A stretch of 52,257 nt of DNA from Octopus sinensis. Lineage: Eukaryota. The notes under the pieces are model-generated. The model had not been told where the DNA came from and did not search any database. It worked only from the letters and a program-made list of their open reading frames with translations. A program made the position numbers and the translations under genes. Location: NCBI RefSeq assembly GCF_006345805.1, contig NW_021833961.1:1-52257 (forward strand), written 5' to 3'. Below, in pieces: positions 12,877-25,017 of this stretch (position 1 is its first letter; every line of letters begins with the position of its first letter).

Positions 12877-13245
12877 TTGCAATAATAAATCTCTGAATGA
12901 GATGTAAACAGTAACTGTTCGACAACGTAAAGTATACTAGCCATCTAGAAATCAGTGACGGAAGTTACTGGAAAAACAATAAATAAATATTTGCAAACAG
13001 GTTTCCCTTCATCGAAAACCGGTGATTGCCGTACGCCGAAGACAGGCAAATACCTAGAAACTGCAGTCCATGCGGATCACTTAGGTTTACTAGAGAGGGA
13101 TGACCTCCCTTTGCAAATACCATAAGGGCACAGAAAGTGTGCCTAAAGCCAGCTGGAGACGATGATCTCCTGGGGCTAAAAGCTACAGTAACACCCACCC
13201 TTAGTGGTTAGCCATATTGAGATGGTTAGTATACTTTACGTTAGT
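12877..13245. mobile_element. Non-autonomous DNA element with subterminal inverted repeats (same family as 4908-5137)
   Basis: AACGTAAAGTATACTAGCCATCT (~12928) vs AGATGGTTAGTATACTTTACGTT (~13220); the right arm 13150-13235 matches 5051-5135. Confidence 0.75.
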
Positions 13246-13721
13246 TTTTTTATTATTATTCTTAAACATTTACAGTAAAAATTTCACAATACTGTTAAAG
13301 ATAAAATCGGTTATGCTCCTTCCCCAAACTATATAAGCAATATTATAAAACATTATTCAAGTGGTATATTAGAAAAATCATGAAAAATGCTTTGCGAAAT
13401 TCAAATGCTGCCAATATCGCTTTTCCTTTCCACCCTCTGGGGTCGATCAAGTGCAATACTTGTTAAATATTGGGCCTGGTATAATCGACTGCCCTCTTTA
13501 AATTTTGTGCCTATGTAAGAAATTATTCTTAATATTGTTGATTTGACTCAGGTTCGTCCTTATTCCTGACAGAATTTATGTGGGTAGCCGGTTACTACTT
13601 GTAAAGTTTGGTAGCTACAAATGTTCAGTATTCTTTCAAGTACTTAAGACTCGCCTAATCACCTTTCCTGTAGCTAAAAGGCAAATTTTCTGTAGCAGCT
13701 CTACACGATATTCTATTCTTC

Positions 13722-14134
13722 TTTCTTTATTGCCTACAAGGGGCTATACATAGAGGGAACAAACAAGGACAGACAAACGGATTAAGTCCATTACATCGAC
13801 CCCAGTGCGTAACTGGAATTTAGTTTATCGACCCCGAAAGGATAAAAGGCAAAGTCGACCTCAGCGGAATTTAAACTCAGAACGTAACGGCAGACGAAAT
13901 ACCTATTTCTTTACTACCCACCAGGGGCCAAACACAGAAGGGACAAACAAGGACAGACAAACGAATTAAGTCGATTATATCGACCCCAGTGCGTAACTGG
14001 TACTTAATTTATCAACCCCGAAAGGATGAAAGGCAAAGTCGACCTCGGCGGAATTTGAACTCACAACGTAACGGTAGACGAAATACCGCTAAGCATTTCG
14101 CCCGGCGTGCTAACGTTTCTGCCAGCTCGCCGCC
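13722..14134 (-). mobile_element. SINE family A, head plus tandemly doubled body
   Basis: Full copy 13903-14134 followed on the minus strand by a second body starting at GGTATTTCGTCTG. Confidence 0.9.
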
Positions 14135-14340
14135 CTTTCTATTTCTATTCTATTCTAATCTCCTTCAACCATTTGTCTATTTTTGCTTACAATTCCCAAT
14201 GCACCAATTACTACAGGCACAACCTTTACACTTTTCATATTCCAAATTCTTGCAATTCCAAATTTTAAAAGATTCTTTTTCTTTTCGTCTTTCTTTACAA
14301 TCCTGTAGTCAAACGGATATGATGGATCAATTAGTAGGCA

Positions 14341-14374
<34 letters not shown>

Positions 14375-14895
14375 TGTTATTGAGTTAGAGAGCAGCGCAC
14401 GCCATCAAAGTGACACTGGGGTATAAATGGACGATGCTCAATACACTCGTCATGACTACCCGTCTGATAAAGGTACACGAGGCACATGCATCACATATAT
14501 ATGCGACATGGTGATCTCATATCAAGATTAACAACGCATGACTTTATAGGTGAGGCCCAGTTAGAATTTCTTTTCGGGTCGAGTAGCCCATTCCGAATAA
14601 AAGGTCCCTGAATAAAGATTGTTTAAGGATGTTGAACGAAACACACGTGTATCCAGGGGTGAATTATTCAAATCCCAAAGAATCCCTCTCAACACATGGC
14701 TATGATGCTCCTCCACTACTTCTGCTCGTGATCAGAGATGCACATATCGTCAGCCACTAAGTAACAACTGGTTAAGGTCAAATAACTGCAAGCAAATCTT
14801 TAGTATTGAGCAGAATATTTACTGTAGCCCATCTTTTATACCATGACAAAACAATGTACATGAAACACTTCCGATCAGTTAAGATCAGAAGCCAT
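14375..14895 (-). mobile_element. Unclassified interspersed repeat, probable SINE with (AAT)n tail
   Basis: Single copy here; GC-richer block ending in (ATT)n; identification rests on recall only. Confidence 0.35.
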
Positions 14896-14917
14896 ATTGT
14901 TGTTGTTGCTGTTGCTA

Positions 14918-15056
14918 TCAAATTCTGCTGAGGTTGACTCTCCCTTTCATCCTTTGGAGGGGGGTCGATAAAATAAGTACCAGTTAAACACTTGGGTCGA
15001 TGCAATTGACTCATCACCGCACCCCAAACTGCTGCCCTTGTGACAAAATTTGAGAC

Positions 15057-15095
<39 letters not shown>

Positions 15096-15440
15096 CATTA
15101 TTATTATTATTATTGTTGTTCAAATCCCGCCGAGGTCGACTTTGCCTCTCATCCTTTCGGGATTCTATAAAATAAGTACCAGTTAAACACTGGGGTCGAT
15201 GTAATCAACTCATCCCCCACCTCCCCAAGCTGCCCTTGTGGCAAAAAATTATAAATAATTATTATTAAGGCGGTGAGTTGGCAGAATCGTTAGCTCACTG
15301 GACAAAATGCTTGACGGCCGTTTTCACGTTCTGAGTTCAAATTTCGCCGAGGTCGACTTAGACTTTTTTTCCTTCGGAGTCGACAATATAAGTATCGGCT
15401 AGCTCCCTCCCCTAAAATTTCAGGCCTTTTTGTCTATAGA
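14918..15440 (+). mobile_element. Cluster of three SINE A-related fragments separated by (ATT)n tails
   Basis: Repeated CCGAGGTCGACTTTGCC...GGGGTCGAT motifs. Confidence 0.8.
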
Positions 15441-15451
15441 ACTATAGAAAA

Positions 15452-15453
<2 letters not shown>

Positions 15454-15525
<72 letters not shown>

Positions 15526-15575
15526 TGTGGTGGTGGTGCTGGTGGTGGTGTTGGTGGTAGTGGTGCTGGTGGTTC
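15454..15575. repeat. (AGT)n followed by (GGT)n microsatellite
   Basis: Direct reading. Confidence 0.95.
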
Positions 15576-16177
15576 CAGTTATTATTTGAGAACGTTGGCG
15601 TTGTGTAAGGGATCCATAATTCTTTATGAAATAGCATAGAAGAAATAATGGGTTGCAAGAGAAATTCTTCCAGTTCCTGTTGTTCCCCGAGATAAAAGGC
15701 ACCAGGAAATAATGAGCTGTAGAGTGGAAAAGTACATTGAGGGAGATAATCTTCTATTCCGAACATTAGTGTGTGTGTGATCAGTAACCGGTGAACGAAC
15801 AATAATGGAATCCAGCCTTGCAGTGAAGAAGCCGGATATCGACAAATGTTACAACCACAACTTCATATTGGCGTTGAGTGAATTTCCTTCATCTTTGCAT
15901 TAAAGGTATTGTAAACGACAAAATAATGTATGCAGAGAATGTTCTACTCAACTAAAACAAAAACCGAGAAGGGCAGTTTGTCATTAAAGAAATATTACAC
16001 TTCCGATGTTTTCATATCAGAGTTAGAAGCCATTATTGTCTTTCATTCTTGTCCTTGTTGTTGTTGTTGTTGCTGCTGTTGTTTAATTCTTAGTTCTGAT
16101 CGAGCAGCATTATTTTGAAAGCCATTTAATCTGTGATAGAAGAACAGTCTCTTTTAAACATAATGTTACTTGGACAT

Positions 16178-16366
16178 TATCGAATGTATCCTTCCCATTT
16201 TAAGACGGTTAGATCATGATTTGATGGGGATTTGGTTGATATCGAATGTATCCTTCCCATTTTAAGACGGTTAGATCATGATTTGATGGGGATTTGGTTG
16301 ATATCGAATGTATCCTTCCCATTTTAAGACGGTTAGAGCATGATTTGATGGGGATTTGGTTGATAT
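16178..16366. repeat. 62-bp tandem repeat, 3 copies
   Basis: ATCGAATGTATCC recurs at 16179, 16241 and 16303; one substitution in copy 3. Confidence 0.95.
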
Positions 16367-16537
16367 TTCTAACGAAATTGAACTTTGGTTGGTGATCTCA
16401 GCAGCAACTGTGAGATTCATTCGCTCAAAAAACCGCCTTTCCATCTTTAATCCTCTTTTCTTGTTATTTAGATCTATATTCGAAGCTTTATGCTCATTGT
16501 AAATGTCAACGTTCTCCACTTGCCACTACTACTGCTA

Positions 16538-16569
<32 letters not shown>

Positions 16570-17345
16570 TGTTTCAGTTGTTTCGAATAATGTTATTAGG
16601 CCAGAAATTTCGGTGCCGGAGCAACATTGTGTTTATCGGTGCACGAAAGCTTAAAGACACTTATGGACCCCGGAAGGGTTTCTGTCACAAACACAAGAAT
16701 AGATATTTGGAGGATGGGCGGGTGGGGGTGGGGCTGTTGTTTATATCGACTGCTTCTACATTTCCTCGGTTCCTGAACGATGAAACGCAAAATTGAGCAC
16801 AACAAGATTTTTACCCAGAAAACAAACAACACGAATGGACACGACAAGACATTTTATGAGGTCACTCTAACAATTCTGTGAATGAAGCGTCTTCAAATAC
16901 AATAATAGGATGACCTGACATAAATAAAAGCTATTTTAGAAATATATATATATATATATTTGATTTGATTGACTTCAGTGTCTGATGCGTGTTAAAAGCG
17001 AAAATTACAAAATTTTGGTACTGCAGCTTTCTTCGTGGCCTCGCCTGATTTGGAGTCTTAAAACCAGATACAAGCTTTCATGTACAATGCGCCAGTCAAT
17101 AAGGTATATTTGCTTCCACCAATCAGTTTGGGCTTCCTTTAGTTCAACCATTTTTGGCCTATCGACCCCTTTGATTCTATTTTAATTGGATGGACCCGTC
17201 TGGTCATTCGATGTTTTAAAAAATCCCTTATATTTTTAGATTCAAGTATTATTAAAAGATGTAATTTAAAAAAGTGTTAAAAAACATTTTGTGTATTGCA
17301 GAAATGTAACTAATTTATTCTTTTATGCAGAAATGTAACTAATTT

Positions 17346-17741
17346 ATTCTTTTATTTGTTTCAGTCATTTGACTGTGGCCATGTTGGAGCACCGCCTTGA
17401 GTCGAGCAAATCGACCTCGGGACATTCTTTGTAAGCCCAATATTTATTCTATCGGCCCCTATTGCCGAACCGCTAGCTTACGGGGATGTAAACACACCAA
17501 CATCGGTTGTCAATCGACGGTGAGGGGACAAACACAGACACACAAACATATACATATATATATATACATACATACACACACAATGGGCTTCATTCAGTTT
17601 CTATCTACCAAATCCATTCACAAGGCTTTGGTCGGCCCGAGGCTATAGTAGAAGACATTTGCCCAAGGTGCAACGCAATGAGACTGAACCCGGAACCATG
17701 TAGTTGGTAAGCAAGCTAGTTACCACACACCCACTCCTGCT
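17346..17741 (-). mobile_element. SINE family B
   Basis: Reverse complement matches 12200-12707. Confidence 0.9.
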
Positions 17742-17835
17742 CAAGAATACAACGCATCGCCCGGTCCAAGGATGGAAACTGCACATCTTACGATCATGAG
17801 TCCAGTACCCTAACCCCTAAGCCACCCTCCTCCAC
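17739..17835 (-). mobile_element. tRNA-like head fragment of SINE family C fused to the family B copy
   Basis: Minus strand GTGGAGG..GGCTTAGGGGTTAGGG...GGACCGGGCGATGCGTTGTATTCTTGAGCA matches the head of 18788-19080. Confidence 0.65.
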
Positions 17836-17852
17836 AGTTGAAGCAGTAGCAA

Positions 17853-18075
17853 ATAAATAATCCTTTCTATTATAGGCACAAGGCCTGAAATTTCGGGGAG
17901 GGGACTGGTCGATTACATCGACCCCATTGTTTCACAGGTACTTCATTTATTGACACTGGAAGGATGAAAGGCAAAGTCAACCTCGGCTGTATTTGAACTC
18001 AGAACGTAGCGGCAGACGAAATACCGCTAGACATTTCACCCGGTGTGCTTAACGATTCTGCCAGCTCGCCGCCTT
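17853..18075 (-). mobile_element. SINE family A variant (tail TTTCAGGCCTTGTGCCTATAATAGAAAGG)
   Basis: Same head and core as family A, different tail. Confidence 0.85.
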
Positions 18076-18112
18076 AATAAAATGTATATTAACTAAAAAA
18101 TATATGTATAAA

Positions 18113-18268
18113 TTCTGGATGGAAGGCCTCCACTTGGAACGCCTCCACGACGATGTTAAGTAATTTTGGGTCAAGATACAAAAAAATGGCGCAATCAAGA
18201 TTGAACTGGAAGTGCATTGTGGCCAGCGGTGTAATACAGCATCTGATGTTCTAGTCGATACCGTGATA
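18113..18268 (+). mobile_element. RTE-like LINE 3' end fragment
   Basis: GRPP followed by MAQSRLNWKCIV, resembling the RTE C-terminal AqdRxxWrxlv motif; 3' UTR shared with SINE D. Confidence 0.6.
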
Positions 18269-18787
18269 TTGTGTTGACTGTGTATAATATACGTTTCCGA
18301 AGAAACCTATTCTCCAAGGTCAAGAGAATATCAAGGGGTTTTCAAATATTTCGAAGACCATCGTTCATATGAATCCCTGAAAAACCATTTTTCCCATTGC
18401 ATAATCCTGGAAGGAGATATTCTATAAGTGAAGCACCGTGGAATGGGACCATTCACAGCTACCAACAACAACACTAATAAAACAGTTTAACAACGGAACA
18501 CCAGGTAGATCAAGCAATAAATCATAGGGTGTAAAAAATTTGGTTTTAAAATTTCTTTGGATGGAAAAAGTCGAAGGATACCCATGGGGCTCATGACGTA
18601 AGCAACAATAATAATGTTTCCTTTTAAGGGCCACAAGAGACCAAAATGCTGGGCAAAATAGAAAAATGAAATATTGAGGCAAACAGCAAATAAAAAGTTG
18701 TTGGAGATTAATATGGAGTAAAAACATTATCCCCAAAGTGTTGTTGCTATTTTTGTTATAGTTATTGTTGTTGCTCGTAGTTGTGTT

Positions 18788-19080
18788 GTGAAGGCGCATT
18801 GTTAGTGGTTTGGGTATTCGGCTGACGAGCGTAGGATCATGAGTTCAATTCCTGTCTACGCGTTGAGTCCTTGAACAAGAGACTTCATTTCACGTTGCTC
18901 CAGTCCACTCAGCTGGCAAAAATGAGTTGTACCTGTATTTCAAAGGGGACAGCCTTGTCACATTCTGTGTCACGCTAAATCTCTCTGAAAACTATCTTAA
19001 GGGTACACGTGTCTATGGAGTACTCAGGCTATTCCGTTGATCGGATCAACTGCAACACACATCGTCGTAACCGACGGAGG
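18788..19080 (+). mobile_element. SINE family C (tRNA head plus GTCCTTGAACAAG...CCACTCAGCTG central domain)
   Basis: A-box-like TAGTGGTT and B-box GAGTTCAATTCC; tail CGTAACCGACGGAG. Confidence 0.7.
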
Positions 19081-19172
19081 ATCAGTGGTGGTGTTGGTGG
19101 TAGTGCTACAAGTTTATTCGACTTTTCGCTGATCTTCTCCAAGCTGATTTAGTTTTCTATTCCATTGCATTC

Positions 19173-19471
19173 CAGTTCTATATTTAAGAGACGAGGAATT
19201 ATGTACATATGCCCACCAGCATATGGCGTAGTGGCTAAGAGCGCGGGCTACTAACCCCAAGATTCCGAGTTCGATTCCAGGCAGTGAGCTGAATAATTAT
19301 AATAATAATAATAACAACAACAACAACAACATCGAAAAATACTTTAGGAATGAGAACCGAGGTTCGAAATTTCCCCAAGACACCTGAAGAAGGCTGAAGG
19401 GTTATATCAGCTGAAATGTTGTGTTAACAACAAACAAAATGAGAACAAATATCCGTCAAATGTAAATAATG
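19173..19471 (+). mobile_element. SINE family E: tRNA head, (AAT/AAC)n, PLE-like tail; 3' 36 nt inverted; 13-bp TSD
   Basis: A box TGGCGTAGTGG, B box GAGTTCGATTCC; TTCCATTGCATTC at 19160-19172 and 19472-19484. Confidence 0.85.
19380..19424 (+). ncRNA. Minimal type I hammerhead motif in the SINE E tail
   Basis: ACAC-CUGAAGA-A-GGCUG(11 nt)CAGCU-GAA-AUGU-U-GUGU. Confidence 0.7.
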
Positions 19472-20127
19472 TTCCATTGCATTCTCTTCTCGTTTTTGTT
19501 GTTGCTACTGTCCATTATGTTGTTCCTAAAACCGTTAGGAACGGTAATTCTTTCTTGTTCATATCGGTGCCATTTTTCATCTCACCGCTGCTTTGTCCCA
19601 GATCATTATTGGAGTTGTCAGAGTTAACGCCTACGCATTTCTTATATTTCTGCGACAAATCTCCGGAAAAATTATTTTTCGCCATTGACAAGCAAAAAAA
19701 AACTTTCAAAGCAGATGACAGCAAAATTGTTACGGCTGCAGTAACCAACAAACCTCTCCACCAACCCACCAACTCCCCCCCCCACACACACACACACACA
19801 GATAGCCCCTGCCACTCCTTTCCTCATAAACAAAACTTATTGGCATTTTAAATTTAAAATATAAAAAAAAAGATGTCAGGTAGTTGTAGACAACGAATAA
19901 AATCAATTCTCTCTCTCTCTCCTGTAATTAGAGGACGCGTTTCGGAAATGATGATGATGACGACGACGATGCTGTTGCTGATGATGATGATGATGATGAT
20001 GATGACGAGGAGGAGGAGGAGGACAATGACGATGATGGTGGTGGTGGTGGCGGCGGCGGTGGCGATGTTGGCATTATAAAATCAAAACTGTTGACAAGTG
20101 GGTATAAGCACCACGCTGTGGCTGGAA

Positions 20128-20610
20128 CTGGGGGAGAAAATGTAACGATTCTTTGAGACTTTGCAGTATATACAGAACGAACCATAAAAGAGCAGAAGCA
20201 TTAAAGTCTATTTATTGGTTGACATGAGCATACCTTGTGACCATAATATCTCGGCAAAAGATTTTGCAAATATAAAGATTTCCTGATTGAAATCGAAAAA
20301 ATGTGGAATCTCAAGAAGGTTATAATACCAGTGATTGTAGGAACACTTGGAACGATAAAAAAAAAGGAACTGAAAATTATTTGAGATTGATCCCTGGTTT
20401 ACCTTCCCTGCAAGAAGTCAAAAAGATTGTTTTAACTGGCGTGTCACACGTATTGAGAAGAGCATTGTCACTGAGAAAGGCAACCTTCCATGTAAATAAT
20501 TATTTGATCCATAACTTTATTTGACTTTCTAAATGGCCTGTCAATGTATACAATGAGTTTCTTTGCTTTAAGAGTCGGGAAAACAGTCAACAAGAAATGA
20601 AGATAAAATG
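20128..20610 (+). mobile_element. RLE-type (R4/NeSL-like) LINE 3' fragment
   Basis: Frameshifted ENVTIL*DF..., DMSIPCDHN, YKDFLIEIEKMWN, IPVIVGTLGTI, QEVKKIVLTGVSHVLRRALS. Confidence 0.85.
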
Positions 20611-20929
20611 GAAGACTCACTACATTGGTTTCAAATTTTGGTACAGGGCCAGCAGGTTTTGAGGGGAGGAGAGTTCGATTACATTAAGCCCAGTACTTGA
20701 ACTCAGAACGTAAATACAATGCGCAGTAAAACAAATTATGGATGAGAAAATGCTTCCCTAAATACAGAGCAGGAAGTTTGTAACAGCGTAAAGAAGCCCG
20801 AAATATTTTAACACACCAAAGGCAAGTACATTTCTTTTCACAAATTTCGCTTCCTGCGCAAAAGCCACATATTTGGTTAAACTAGTTTAGTCTCTCTTAA
20901 TGCCTCTTTCTCTGTCCTTATCTTCCTCT

Positions 20930-21100
20930 TACGTTGTGAGTTCAAATTCCGCCGAGGTCGACTTTGCCTTTCATCTTTTCGGGGTCGATAAATTAAGCAC
21001 CAGTTACGCACTGGGGTCGATGTCATCCACTTGATACCTATGTCTGTCCTTGTTTGTCCCCTCTATGTTTACCTCCTTGTGGGTACTAAAGAAATAGGTA
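20930..21100 (+). mobile_element. SINE family A, 5'-truncated
   Basis: Matches 8060-8227; ends AAGAAATAGGTATT. Confidence 0.88.
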
Positions 21101-21539
21101 TTAGATATTGGTGAGGCTTTTAAAGCTCTGTCTTTTAAAGCTTTCAACTACATCCGCCCAACAATTCTTTCGCTAGATCCACAAAACAGAAAATGGCAAG
21201 TCACTCTTCCTTGCCAAAGAAAGGTAGGGACTCGATGTTCACGATAAGCTATATCCCGTACGTAAGACGAGCTATTCGACATGAACCCACAAATCAACAA
21301 AATATGTACGAGTGAGAGTTGAATGGTGCATAACAGACAAACTAGTGTAGTATGCATAAAGGTTTTAAAAAAACATTTAACCACGTATGTGCTTTATATA
21401 AGCACTGGTATTTCTTCAAAACAAACATCCTCGTAGTTAATAATCTAAGAGTGAGGGTAGGTCTAATGCAACGTGTCAAACAACGGCAGATGCATGATTA
21501 CTGCAGAGTGAAGGCCGTGATGCGCAATTCTAACGTAAT

Positions 21540-21697
21540 AGGAGTGGCTGTGTGGTAAGTAGCTTGCTTACCAACCACATGGTTCCGGGTTCGGTCCCAC
21601 TGCGTGGCACCTAGGGCAAGTGTCTTCTGCTATAGCCTCAGGCCGACCAAAGCCTTGTGAGTGGATTTGGTAGACGGAAACTGAATGAAGCGTGTCG

Positions 21698-21758
<61 letters not shown>

Positions 21759-21975
21759 ATGTTTGTGTGTCTGCATTTGTCCCCCCAACATCGCTTGACA
21801 ACCAATGCTGGTGTGTTTACGTCACCGTCACTGAGCGGTTCGGCAAAAGAGACCGATAGAATATGTACTAGGCTTACAAAGAATAAGTCCTGGGGGTTGA
21901 TTTGCTCGACTAAAGGCGATGCTCCAGCATGGCCACAGTCAAATGACTGAAACAAGTAAAAGAGTAAGAGAGTAT
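21540..21975 (+). mobile_element. SINE family B
   Basis: Matches 12200-12707. Confidence 0.9.
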
Positions 21976-22329
21976 CGTACTCAGAGAGTGAAAACAGGTT
22001 ATTGCGAAGCGGAGTAAGATGAGAGTCAGAGCTTAGCATCCTCTCACAATGTTAAGTATTGTCAAAAGGGCCTACTTCTTGATACTAGCACCCACTTAAG
22101 CAAATTCTTGCAGAATTAAATACTTTAAGAAATGTTAAGTGTAAACGATTATGTCTGTGAAGTATATGCTAAGCCATTCTGGGGAGAGAGCAATGAAAGA
22201 AATCACACAGTGTAAGATAAAGCAACGAGAATAACAATTCCACGAATATTGAGAGAGAGAGAGAGAGCATATGGATCCAACATGATGTTCAATATATAAG
22301 AAATGTCAGAAGGAAAACAGAAAAAAAAT

Positions 22330-22900
22330 TGACACCAGAAACATAATCGAGCTTAACTAGCCAGGTAATTGCCACTGCAATCAATACCGATTGCACCTGT
22401 AAGGCGCTTGGAAATGATAAGATACCTGATTTCTCTTTAAATTATAAAAGCTGTGTATAACAACAGCTTTGAGTTATCTTAAGGAACAAAAACAAAACCA
22501 ACAGCCGACAGGTTCCTGAAGGGAAACAATAATAATTCCCAAAACCACAATATCAGGCCGATAATTGTAATATATAAGCGATCATAGATATACTTTCCGG
22601 CAGAAACATAACAGCATCTTACAAGAAGAGCAGAAATGAAGTCGGGAAAATATACGAAGATATAATGATAAACGAAACAGTTACCGAAGACAATGGAATA
22701 GCAAGCGTCTAGGTATGGTTTTCATTGATTATCGAAAAGTCTTTCAATTTCCTGTATATGAGAGATATTCTATACAAATAAAGAGACCCTAATTCTAAGG
22801 AAATTCATTAAACTACACTATTTCAAAAAAGGAAAACAGAATAAGAATTTTTGCAGGGACGCTCTACGCTCGTCACTCTTCTATCTAACCAACCCCTACC
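22330..22900 (+). pseudogene. Highly decayed RT fragment of an RLE-type LINE
   Basis: Ordered remnants KALGNDKIP, GxTIIIPK, RPI, LQEEQK, LGMVFIDYRKVF and an IFQGD-LSPLLF-like stretch. Confidence 0.6.
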
Positions 22901-23023
22901 CGATTCACAAATCTGTTGGAACATACCAAAATTTTGGTTTAGTGACTATATATAAACATACATACATGCGTACATACATATGTACATATACGCGCTATAT
23001 ATATATATATATGTGTGTGTGTG

Positions 23024-23208
23024 TAGCCGTATTTCGTCTGCTGTTACGTTCTGAGTTCAAATTCCGCCGAGGTCGACTTTGCTTTTCATCCTTTTGGGGT
23101 CGATACATTAAGTACCAGTTACGCACTGGGGTCGATGTAATCGACTTAATCCGTTTGTCTGTCCCTGTTTGTCCCCTCTATGTTTAGCTCCTTGTGGGTG
23201 ATAAAGAA

Positions 23209-23212
<4 letters not shown>
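23024..23212 (+). mobile_element. SINE family A, 5'-truncated
   Basis: Matches 8040-8227. Confidence 0.88.
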
Positions 23213-23240
<28 letters not shown>

Positions 23241-23265
23241 ATTCACACATGCACACAAACGAAGA

Positions 23266-23477
23266 CGTACTGAAAAGCTCCTGGCTTTAAGGCTATCGCG
23301 AAAGGTCCGGTTGGAGGCCCAACTTTTCGAGTTCTTTTACAGGGCTTAGAAAAAGTGAAGAACAGCCGGAATAAGTGTGTGAATCTGAGAGGAGAATATG
23401 TTGAGTAAAATCTTGATTAACTGATCCTCCTGTGTTTTCTTTTACCCAAAACCAGGAATCTTTCAGCACCCCTCGTA
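23266..23477 (+). mobile_element. Internally deleted mariner element
   Basis: Left CTGAAAAGCTCCTGG vs right CCAGGAATCTTTCAGCACCCCTCG-TA; transposase end RNKCVNLRGEYVE* (stop 23406-23408). Confidence 0.8.
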
Positions 23478-23709
23478 TATATATATATATATATCGTATA
23501 AATATAAATGAGGTTATGATTCCCATTTTCAAAAAGTGACGATTGTTGCCGATGTGCATGTGTGTGAGTGTATGTTAACCCCGAAATATTAAATACAAGG
23601 TAAGCCTACATAAATTCGCGTATTTTCTTCATGTCATTTACCTTGCATTGTTTTCGCCTTACCCACAATCCTTTATACAATGTATTCTACACAATGCTTC
23701 ATTGTAATT

Positions 23710-23729
23710 ATTCCACATATAAAGTGTGC

Positions 23730-23774
<45 letters not shown>

Positions 23775-23798
23775 TACATATACATACATATGTGTGTG

Positions 23799-23855
<57 letters not shown>

Positions 23856-23992
23856 ATATATATATATATGTGTGTGTGTGTATGTATGTATATATATATA
23901 TATGTGTGTGTGTGTATGTATGTATATATATATATATTTGTGTGTGTGTATGTGTATATATATATATATGTATGTGTGTGTGTATATGTATG

Positions 23993-24073
<81 letters not shown>

Positions 24074-24090
24074 ATATATATATGTATGTA

Positions 24091-24123
<33 letters not shown>

Positions 24124-24125
24124 AC
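23710..24125. repeat. Compound (TA)n/(TG)n array
   Basis: Direct reading; source of many spurious ORFs. Confidence 0.96.
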
Positions 24126-25017
24126 ACAAACCCTCACACAGGGAGAAAGAGAGAAAGACTTTCATAAATACACATATACGGAATGTAGAGTTATATACAC
24201 ACATAACGTGTGTGTATGTGTATGTGTGAGTGCTTAGATAGAAATATATGTGTGCGTACGCACGCTCATGTGCCTGGTTATGTGTGAGCTTACGAGTGTA
24301 TCTTGTATAAATATACTTGTAGAGAATGTGCAAGTGTGCACGCGCATGTGTGTGTGTCTGTGCGTGTGTGTTTATAAGTGCGTGTTTCTGGACGTAATCA
24401 TCCATCTTTGTTGTCTTGACAATTTTTGTCGTACACTTGTCAAAGCGAAACGTCGGTTGATTAATTCTGGATATCTGTGTAGACTATAAGCGGTTTGGAG
24501 AGCATCGGTCGCCCTGGATACATCGTTGCTAAATGTGACAGAGCCAGACGGAAATCGCGCTACCTTGATTATCAATACTATCTGGAGGATTTAATCCAAA
24601 ATTACTTGAAATCAAGTTAGATGAAGTATATAAGAATGAATCTATGTGTCCATGTATGTATATTCAGAGATATCGATATATATATATAATTGATACATAT
24701 ACATATAAATCTGTATGCGTATATATTTGTATATACGTGTGTGTGTGTGTGTATACACTTGTGTGTGTGCACACATATATATATATATATATATACACAC
24801 AAAATTTAGAGGACTGAGCACTAAAAGTGGACAACCTGTATACTAGATATAGACGTCAAAATCGCCATTTTCCACGAAGAATGTATTCTCAAGAAAATAT
24901 TCAACAAAAACCAAAGTGTAAAAATAAGCAAGGCAAATGAAAATATACTAGGCCACTGGTTTTAATTGATTAATATCAATTTCTACCCTTATTTAATTCT
25001 ATATATATATATATAAA

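Noticed and set aside
23631-24405. Long YIYI/CVCV/THTH ORFs here and at 6289-7600, 35338-35820 and 40018-42343
   Set aside because: Translations of dinucleotide microsatellites, open in several frames on both strands
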